Shown one piece after another: positions 53,647 to 64,000 of a stretch of DNA of 64,000 nucleotides. Every line of letters begins with the position of its first letter. The first letter of the stretch is position 1. This stretch comes from Octopus vulgaris (taxonomy: Eukaryota), in the NCBI GenBank assembly GCA_951406725.2, contig OX597829.1, positions 51,398,001 to 51,462,000 of the forward strand, given 5' to 3'. The position numbers and the translations under genes were made by a program. Under the pieces are notes generated by a model. The model ran no database searches. It was not told the DNA's origin and was given only the letters and a program-made list of their open reading frames with translations.

Positions 53647-54066
53647 CTCTTTTTACTCTTTTACTCTTTTACTTGTTTCAGTCATTTGACTGCAGTCATG
53701 CTGGAGCACCGCCTTTAGTCGAGCAAATCGACCCCGGGACTTATTCTTTTGTAAGCCCAGTACTTATTCTATCGGTCTCTTTTGCCGAACCGTGACGGGG
53801 ACATAAACACACCAGCATCGGTTGTCAAGCAATGCTAGGGGGACAAACACAGACACAGACACACAAACATATACACATACACACATATATATACATATAT
53901 ACGACAAGCTTCTTTCAGTTTCCGTCTACCAAATCCACTCACAAGGCATTGGTCGGCCCGGGGCTATAGCAGAAGACACTTGCCCAAGATGCCACGCAGT
54001 GGGACTGAACCCGGAACCATGTGGCTGGTTAGCAAGCTACTTACCACACAGCCATTCCTGCGCCTA
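53647..54066 (-). mobile_element. Young SINE family A nested inside an older family A copy (53185-54270)
   Basis: Full-length copy located between the two halves of a diverged copy. Confidence 0.85.
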
Positions 54067-54585
54067 TATATATATATATATATACACACACACATAAATA
54101 TATATATATACAACAGACTTCTTTCAGTTTCCATCTACCAAATCCACTCACAACACTTTTTGTCAGCCTGAAGTTATAGTAGAAGACACTTGCCCAAGGT
54201 GCCATGTAATGGGACTGAACCCGGAACGATGTGGCTGGGAAGCAAACTTCTTACCACATGGTCACACCATTTTAAGCACATGTCTAGACGGTTTCCAGAA
54301 AACTGGAAAATTCAGGACACTTCTGATCCCAATTTTGCTGAGTAACTGGTTGGGACTGTATTTGTGTTCTTCTAGGAAACACCTGCCCATTGAATTCAAG
54401 AGTTCAGTTTAAATCCATTTTCCATATTCTCAAAGTAGTGTTTACAGCTGGGTGCTCTTCATGATACACACTCTTACTTATTTTCTACACACCTTCAAAG
54501 CAATGAAGCCAGGAATTTATTCACAAGAGGAAAGCTAAGGACACGATGCAGTGACATTCAAATAGGTGAGCAACAGATGTAAACC

Positions 54586-54841
54586 TATTTCTTTATTACC
54601 CACAAGGGGCTAAACATAGAGGGGACAAACATGGACAGACATAGGTATTAAGTCGATTATATCGACCACAGTGCTTAACTGGTACTTAATTTATCGACCC
54701 CGTAAGGATGAAAGGCAAAGTCGACCTCGGCGGAATTTGAACTCACAATGTAACGGCAGCCGAAATACCTCTAAGCATTTCGCCCGACGTGCTAACGATT
54801 CTGCCAGCTCGCCGCCTCAAGGGCGGCGAGCTGGCAGAATC
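54586..54841 (-). mobile_element. SINE family B with an inverted duplication of its 5' end
   Basis: TSD CAACAGATGTAAACC at 54571-54585 and 54841-54855; hairpin at 54798-54841. Confidence 0.9.
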
Positions 54842-55240
54842 AACAGATGTAAACCATCACACAAGCACAACTACACACATGTACACACACACACATACAT
54901 ACATACAAGTTTCCTTTTTTAAATTTCTAATTATCAAATGACAGCAAAGTGTCTGCAAAAAGCTGGCCAATTTGAAGACAGGCATATGTAGACGCAGAAC
55001 AGACATCTATGCATGCTAACTCACATACACACACAAACACAACAAGCTTCTTTTAGTTTCCCTCTACCAAATCCACTCATAAGGCTTTAGTCAGCCCATT
55101 TCTATACTACAAGACACTTGCCCAAGGTGCCATGTAGAGGGACCGAATAGCCTTATTTTACAAATAGTGGTTTTAAATGGGGCTGCTGTCAAATATAAAT
55201 CTATATATATCTATATATATCATCATCATCATCATCATAA

Positions 55241-55975
55241 CGAGGTCGGTTTTGGCAAGGTTTTTACAGCTGGATGCCCTTCCTAACACTAACCACTCAA
55301 CAGAGTGGACAGAATGCTTTTTATGTGGCACAAGCAGGTGAGGTCGGTCTTGGCAAGGTTTTTACAGCTGGATGCCCTTCCTAACACTAACCACTCAACA
55401 GAGTGGACAGAATGCTTTTTATGTGGCACAAGCACAGGCGAGGTCGGTTTTGGCAAGGTTTTTACAGCTGGATGCCCTTCCTAGCACTAACCACTCAACA
55501 GAGTGGACAGAATGCTTTTTATGTGGCACAAGCAGGCGAGGTCGGTTTTGGCAAGGTTTTTACAGCTGGATGCCCTTCCTAGCACTAACCACTCAACAGA
55601 GTGGGCAGAATGCTTTTTATATGGCACAAGCACAGGCGAGGTCGGTTTTGGCAAGGTTTTTACAGCTGGATGCCCTTCCTAGCACTAACCACTCAACAGA
55701 GTGGACAGAATGCTTTTATGTGGCACAAGCAGGCGAGGTCGGTTTTGGCAAGGTTTTTACAGCTGGATGCCCTTCCTAGCACTAACCACTCAACAGAGTG
55801 GACAGAATGCTTTTATGTGGCACAAGCAGGCGAGGTCGGTTTTGGCAAGGTTTTTACAGCTGGATGCCCTTCCTAGCACTAACCACTCAACAGAGTGGGC
55901 AGAATGCTTTTTATATGGCACAAGCACAGGCGAGGTCGGTTTTGGCAAGGTTTTTACAGCTGGATGCCCTTCCAA
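55241..55975 (-). repeat. Tandem array of 97-100-bp units derived from the RTE 3'UTR
   Basis: Unit starts at 55243, 55341, 55441, 55539, 55639, 55736, 55833 and 55933. Confidence 0.95.
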
Positions 55976-56399
55976 ATGCCAACCACTTTACAGTGTGGAC
56001 TGGATGCTTTAAGTGGCACCTGCACTGACAGGGTCACCAAATGCTTATCTTATCCACCCTCAGTAACAAGAGGATTGTGTATGACAATTGCTTCAAAACC
56101 TGTGACTTCTCTCCTCCTATATCAATAATTACTGGTACATTGGTTATGCAGGACTTTTTATATTTATTCCTGATGTTGTAGTTATCCAAATTCAAAAGAT
56201 GTAGCTGTTTCTTTACTAGAAACCAATTCCTCCCTTTTAAGAATTCTATTAATAAAATTTACAAAAACACAAAAATATATATACATATATATAGTTAATC
56301 CAAACAAGAAAACACAAAAAAACAAAAAAACACAGCAACACGAGGACATGGAACAAATAAAGTATTATTGGACGCTCAGGAAAGAAGGGAAGAAGGAAG

Positions 56400-56434
56400 G
56401 TTTAACGTTTCGAGCGGAGCTCTTCGTCGGAAAC
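56400..56434 (-). ncRNA. Variant minimal hammerhead motif (CCGACGA core)
   Basis: gttt CCGACGA a gagc tcc gctc GAAA CGTT aaac. Confidence 0.55.
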
Positions 56435-57224
56435 ATAGGAGAAGGAAAGATCCCGAGAAGGGAAGACAGAGGAAAAAAATCGCCAGTGGTACTCACGAGG
56501 TCACATTATCACTGTTTTAATATCCACCTTTTCATGTTTACATGGAACAGATAGTTTCTTTTTCAAGTCATGCCAACTTATAAGGGCTGTTTTCCTGGTT
56601 TCGGTGGTGTAAATATTCCCCATGCGAACGGGGCGCCGGTTCATTGCAGGATTACTCGTTTTTGCCAGCTGAATGGACTTGGAGCAATGTGAAATGAAGT
56701 GTTTTGCTTGAGAACAATATGTTGCCCGATCCAGGAATCAAAACCACAACCATACAATCAGGAATCCAAAACCCTGACCACTAAGCTGTGTGCTTCCACT
56801 ATATAGAACAGATGGAATTTAAGGCAGATTTTTGTTTTACAGATGGATGCCCTTCTTGTCAGCTATCCTTACCTACTTCCCAAGCAAGATACTATTTCAG
56901 TATGGCCAGATATGAGATTGGAAACCAATAACACTGCTTATATAAGAGTCACAAATGTTTTACAACTATCATGAAATGTCAAGACAAGGAGACACAAACT
57001 CATAGAAATCATCATCATAAACATTTCAATATCTGCTTTTCCATGTTTGCATGTATCAAACAATTTGTTGAGGCAAGTTTTCAATGGCCGGACATCTTTG
57101 ATGCCCTTCCTGTCACCAAACCTCACTTGTTACCAAGCAAAAACATCACTTATATGATGGCAGTGATGCTTGTCTACAATCACGTCGTGATGTCAAGACA
57201 AAGGTACAAACACAAACACACCAT

Positions 57225-57616
57225 GTATGGAGGGAACCTGTGGAAGAAGACATGGGATGCGGTGGTGAAGCATGATCTTCGAATGTTGGGTCTCACGGAG
57301 GTGATGACAAGCGACTGAGACCTTTGGCAAAATAAGCTGTGCTTGATAAGACTTGCCAAACCAAGTGAAATTGTAGTCGTGGTCAATTCCAGTGTCACGT
57401 AACTGGTTCCTGTGCCGGTGAATCATAAAAACACCCATGCCACTGGCACATTTGTAGTGCCCATTACACTCTTGAAACAGTCAGCATCAAGAAGGGCATC
57501 CAACCGTAAAAATCATGCCAAATGAGACTGGAACTTGGTGCAGCTCTCTAGTTTACCAGCTCCGGTCAAACTGTCCTAACCCATGCCAGCATGGAAACGA
57601 GACGCTAAATAATGAT
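57225..57616 (+). mobile_element. RTE-clade LINE 3' fragment (ORF C-terminus, 3'UTR and GAT tail)
   Basis: Decayed reading frame EGTCG..KKTWDAVVKHDLRMLGLTEVMTSD*DLW, typical of RTE ORF ends, followed by the family C 3'UTR (aagggcatccaaccgtaaaa...aacccatgccagcatggaaa). Confidence 0.75.
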
Positions 57617-60600
57617 GTGTGTGTGTGCGTAGAGTGTGTGTTAAATTAAACTTATGCTGAAAGTCAACAAACAAATTTTGATTTAGAAGCGTTGAGATGT
57701 ATTGAAAGACACGGATAAGGAAATAATTTTATTCTCAAACACAGGATAATGCTAATAATTTAGCATGAACAGGATAAATTATCCATATTTTGCAGAAAAA
57801 TCTGCCGGTGGCCAAGGTCTTGGTCGCCTGTCATCACCTGCATGAGACCCAACATTCAAAGATAGCATTATCTTGTGTTTAAGAATAAAATTATTCCCTT
57901 ATCTGTTTGTATGTATGGTTGCATCCTTCCTCCCCAGTGTTTGTCGACTGGCAATCTACATGTTGACCTCAATTATGCCAGTGGCAAGAGGAGAAAAAAA
58001 GCACCCAGTACACACTGCAAAATGGTTGGCAATGGGAAGGACATCCATCCATAGAAACAATGCCAAAGCAGACACTGGAGATCAATGCAATCCTTCAATT
58101 CATTGGATCCTTGCCAAACTCTGTGAAACATGCATAGTAAATGATGATGATGATGATACACATATGACAGGCTTCTTTCAGTTTCTGTATCTTTTACTCG
58201 TTTCAGTCATTTGATTGCGGCCATGCTGGAGCACCACCTTTAGTTGAGCAAATCGACCACAGGACTTATTCTTTGTAAGCCTATAGTACTTATTCTTTTG
58301 CTTGTTAAGATGAAGGTGGCAAGCTGGCCGAATTGTTAACATATCGCGGTTGACTTTGCTTTTTATTCTTTCGGGGTCAATAAAATAATTACCAGTTGAA
58401 CACTGGGATTGAGGTGATCGGCTTATCCCTATTCTGAAATTGCTGGCCTTATGCCAAAATTATTATTAAGGCTTTGAACTGGCAAAATTGTTAGTGGCAA
58501 AAAAAATGGTTTGTGGTCTCTTTTGCCGAACCGCTAAGTGACGGGGACATAAACACATCAGCATCAGTTGTCAAGCGATGTTGGAGGGACAAACATATAC
58601 ACACACACGCATATACATATATATACATATATACGACGGGCTTCTTTCAGTTTCCGTCTACCAAATCGACTCACAAAGCTTTGGTTGGCCTGAGACTATA
58701 GTAAAAGACACTTGCCCAAGGTGCCATGCAGTGGGACTGAACCCGGAACCATGTGGTTGGTAAGCAAGCTACTTACCACACTGTCTAGCACATCTACTCA
58801 CAAGTCTTTAGTCAGTTAGGGGGTTATAGCAGAAGGCACCACACAGTGGAATTGAACCTTAAATCAGATGGTTGGGAAATAAACTTCTTAACCACACAGT
58901 CATGCAAGCACCTATATATTATTAATTAATAACCCTTCATGTCAAATGCTTGGAAACTGAAAGTTTTAGATCACTGGATGACTGCATCTGTGTGTTTCTG
59001 AAAAGGGCAGCTTTTAGATAGGATATAAATTTAATCCTTTAGCATTTAAACTGGCCATATTCAGCCCAAATATTCTACTTGTTTTATGTCCAAACCAGCC
59101 ATATCCAACCCCTCACACATGCCCTACAATGTCATTCTAAGAATAAACAATCACATCATCATCAAAATCTCAAAAGTTACGAGATAACACATGATTGATT
59201 GAAAACAATGTGAATAAATAAGGATGACATTTGACAGGAATCCGAATATTAAAAGAGTTGAATCTTTAGCATTTAAACTGGCCTGGCCATATCCTAAATA
59301 TTTTATCTGTCTTACGTTCAAATTGGCCAAATCTGGTCAGCAAGACAAGGTCTTTCTAAAACTAGACAATCACATCATCAAAACCTCAAAGCTACAAGAT
59401 AATGCATGATTAATTGAAAACAGCGTGAATAGATAAGCATTGCATTTGACAAGAGTAACTGGAATGCTAAATGGTTAAACATTAGCCATTTACATATGAT
59501 AATGAAGCTTTGCATAAATTCGGAATTAGTTCTGCTTCACATGTGCAAGGAATTCTAGTTTGGAAACGTTTTGCTTAGCACCAAAACAAATCTATTATAT
59601 TTTTGCTTCACCTGAGTACCCACCTAAAAGCTGCGAAAAGTCCACTTTACACCTAGTTACATCTTTACCATTATTTAAAACCTTTACCAATATTTCCAAA
59701 TATCTTTTCATCTTTTACCATTTACTTGTTTCAGTCATTAGACTGCGGCCATACTGGAGCACCATCTTGAATTTTTAATTGAATGAATTGACCCCAGGGC
59801 TTACTTTCTCATAAGTCTGGTACTTATTCTGTCAGTCTATTTTGCTGAACCACTAAGTTACAGGGACATAAACACACCAACACCAGTTGTCAAGCGGCAG
59901 TAAGGAACAAACACACACACATACGATAGGCTTCTTTCAGTTTCTGTTTAACAGATCCACTCACAAGGTTTTGGTCAGCCTGAAGCTATAGTAGAAGACA
60001 CTTGCCCAAGGTACCAAAGGTACCACAGTGAAACTGAACTCAGGACCATGCAGCAGACTCCAGTCTGATTTGGCATGGTTTCTATGGCTGGATACCCTTC
60101 CTAATACCAACCACTCTAAGATGCCAGTTATATAACACCGGCATTGGCCACGACAGCACTCACACTTGTCTTGACAAGTCTTCTTAAGTATAGTACATCA
60201 CCAAAGGTCTTGGTCACTTGTTACTGCTTCCTTGAGGCCCAACACTCAAACGGCACTTTTTATGTGCCACAGGCACAGGTGCCAGTTACACGACACTGCA
60301 TTGACCACGACTACAATTTCACTTGGCTTGACAGGTCTTCTCAAGCACAACAATCCCACCCAATGTTTGAAGGGTCCTTTTTACATGAAGAATTGATTTT
60401 AAATTTTGTCAAAACATTGACCCCATTGCTCGACTGGTAAATATTTTATCGACCCCGAAAGGATGAAAGAAAGGCAAGGTTGACATCAGAGGAATTTGAA
60501 CCCACAACATAAAAAACAGACGAAATACCACTAAGCATTTTGCCTGGGGTGCTAACAATTCTGCCAGTTCACTGCCTTATTTGTATTGATAAATATTAAC

Positions 60601-61399
60601 AGACAAGAATATGATAAAGAATCTGCATGGTTCAGTGGTTAGGGTGTTGCCTTTACAATTGCTAGATTATGGTTTTAACTGCTGAACAAAGCAGAAATTT
60701 GAGCTTTTGGACAAAATACGGTGTTGCTATAGTATGATAACTACCTTGCTATTTGCGACCGACTGCAAATGACAATGCACTCTACAAAACAACCCACTTA
60801 AGGCCTTCAGCAATTAATTCCAGCCGATTTAGTTGTACACACTAGCACCATGCTGGCCGGTGACTTTTACGAAATAATCTCAAGTGAAGAAGAAGCGGTG
60901 GCCTTTTCGAGAGAGCAAAATCTTATCGACCGGGTACAAAATGCTCAGGAAAAATGATGACCTGTATGCTGCTTTTTTAAATGATATCAGATCAGTTTAC
61001 AAACGTTAAAATCAAAATTATTTTTTATTCTGTTCGTGGCCGTTTGCCAGCTCCATCTGGCACCTGTGCGGGTGGCATGTAAAAAGCACCCACTACACTC
61101 ACGGAGTGGTTGGCGTTAGGAAGGGCATCCAGCCGTAGAAACACTGCCAGATCTGACTGGAGCCTGGAGCAGCCTTCTGGCTTCACAGACCCCAGTTGAA
61201 CCGTCCAACCCATGCTAGCATGGAAAGCGGACGCTAAATGATGATGATGATGAATAAGGTGATAATGATTTTTGATAAATTTTACACTACAAACTGTTTA
61301 TTATGTTCCTTTCCATTTGTAGAATAAATGTTTGGCAATTTTTAACACATATCATACTATCTACAATTGGTGGATATCATACTATTTAATTCCTTTTAT

Positions 61400-61743
61400 T
61401 TTTATTTGCTTGTCATTTGACTGTGGCCACGCTGGAGCACCGCCTTTAGTTGAAAAAATCGACCTCAGGGTTTTTTGTAAGCCTAGTACTTATTCTATCG
61501 CCTCTTTTTGCCAAACCGCTAAGTTATGGAGATGGTTGTCAAACGATGGTTGGAGGGGGACAAACACATACATATATATATACGACAGGCTTCTTTCAGT
61601 TTCCCTCTACCAAATCCACTCACAAGGGTTTGGTTGGTCCAAGGCTATAGTAGAAGACACCTGCCTAAGGTGCCACGAGTATGATCAAACCGGGAACCAT
61701 GTGGTTGGTAAGCAAGCTACTTACCACACAGCCACTCCTGCAA
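61400..61743 (-). mobile_element. SINE family A
   Basis: Homology to family A. Further degenerate copies at ~4480-5150, 5575-5915, 33770-34010, 58190-58780, 59715-60050 and 62105-62400. Confidence 0.8.
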
Positions 61744-63305
61744 CTATGGGAGAAAATTAATAGTAGATATCATACTATAATGGCAACCAAAATACTTTAT
61801 TTCACAGTACCCCAGTCCAAGAGTAACTCTACCACAAACTGGTGCCCTGTTCTGAGAAAATGTGATCTTGATTATTTATTCGCTGTGGAAACCAGGCCAC
61901 CTGCCCTATTAGCGCCAGGACTCAAAACAGTACTTACATATATTTATAACCTGTCGGACTTCTTCAAATGCTACCAAGGGTTTTACAGCAAGAGAAGACC
62001 CCCACCCCGTGTGGTTGCACCGAAGAATGTGTCATGGTTTATTTTTGCTGATGTGTAGGCTCAAATATTTACATGAATTACAATCATACATGCATGCTCA
62101 AATTTGTACGCGGCACCTTGGACAGGTGACACCTACTATGGCGTCAGGTTAACCAAAACCTTGCGAGAGGATTTGGTAGATGGAAACTGAAGTCCGTCAA
62201 ATATGTGTGTGTGTGTTTATCCACCAACACCAAACAACCGGTGTTGGTGTGTTTATGTACCCATAACTTAACAGAGTTAAGAGACTGATAGAATAAACAC
62301 CAGGTTTTAAAAGAGTAAGTACTAGGATTTTTTTTGTTTGAATAAAATTCTTCAAGGTCGTGCCCCAGCATGGCTGCAGTCTAATGACTGAAACAAGTGA
62401 TACACACACACAATGGCGTACCAACAAGGTTGTTTGACCTGCTAGAAATACCAGCTAAAAGTTCCCCAACTTGCACAGTAGTGTCATAAAAAAGTGAGCA
62501 AGAAATAAGGACAAAATATCTGGATGAGAATGGTTGGCATGCCTTTCACTTGCAGTTCTGCTCCGTCACGGCTAAACTACCTTTCGGTAACTACTCGTAT
62601 GTCGTAAGAGGTGAGAGGACAGGCCTCATCGTCTTAGCAGAACCATCCAATGAATGCCATCATACTGACAATTATGTGTGTGTATTCATGCATGCACTTA
62701 TGCTTGGAGTTATGAGAAGCAGTAGGAATGACATAGGAAGGAGATAAAAGTGTGTCTGTGGACAGAGGCTTAAGTATATCTGCGAAAGATTTTACGCCAA
62801 TCAGACCAAGTGGCCCTTTTCTAGGTGCAGGCTAGGCCGTCTTTGTACAGGAGTTGTACGCACATACGTATATACGCATGCAACTGTAATTGCAGGCTAA
62901 AATAACATGGTGTGTGTGTCCATACCCCAATAAAGTGCTCCAATTTCAAAATACAAACCCTATTAGACAAAATAATTGGCTATGGGTTATAAAAAGGATG
63001 ACTGAAAATAAATATATCTTTTACTTGTCTCATTGAAGCCCGAGCCTAACTAACCCAAGCCATGCCCGGGCTTCAATGAATCGATCCCAGTACTTATTTT
63101 TGTTTTTTTAAAGTTTCGTATATATTCAATCATTGTCTTTTGTCGAACTGCAAGATAACGGGGACGTAAACACACCAACATCGGTTGTCAAGCGGTGGTG
63201 TGGGCAGACAGACAGATGTACACACACACACAAATGCATTGTGTGTGTGCTTCAGTAGATTATCTTGGAGATAATCTACTGAGGCACACACACGTTTTGG
63301 CATCA

Positions 63306-63830
<525 letters not shown>

Positions 63831-64000
63831 TGGTGTGCGTGCGTAAACAAGGAACGACCCAAAAATTTTAAACAGAATAATCAACAAACCAATTAGGCAA
63901 TAAAAATTCTTCTAAATAAGTTTTTCCCCCATTACAAACGGAAAGTTTCTTCCGTTTAGAAAACCTATTTTCGTTCAAAACGATTTACATCATTTACAAA

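Noticed and set aside
55241-55975. CRISPR-like array
   Set aside because: Units are wholly repeated with no unique spacers, there are no cas genes, and the context is eukaryotic.

Overview
AT-rich, repeat-dominated animal genomic DNA. The SINE set and the (TA)n/(CA)n/(GAT)n microsatellite load point to a coleoid cephalopod, most likely Octopus (from recall of the repeat families, not a database search). The only host gene I can support is a Smaug/SAMD4 homolog on the minus strand. Its first coding exon (25757-25964) splices in phase 1 across a ~25.6 kb intron to a second coding exon (1-169, running off the window), and 5'UTR exon(s) probably lie at ~26-27.8 kb. The rest is mobile DNA: three tRNA-headed SINE families, many 5'-truncated RTE-type LINE 3' ends, a Dong/R4-like fragment, non-autonomous Helitrons, hAT, piggyBac and mariner MITEs, and Gypsy and Tigger remnants. 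The most unusual signal is a set of short elements, mostly embedded in (TA)n tracts, that carry minimal type I hammerhead-ribozyme motifs (two canonical, several core variants). Several fold back on themselves at the ribozyme core, including a perfect 122-bp palindrome, which looks like Penelope-like element pLTR remnants. Repeat boundaries were read by eye and are approximate unless TSDs or TIRs are cited.
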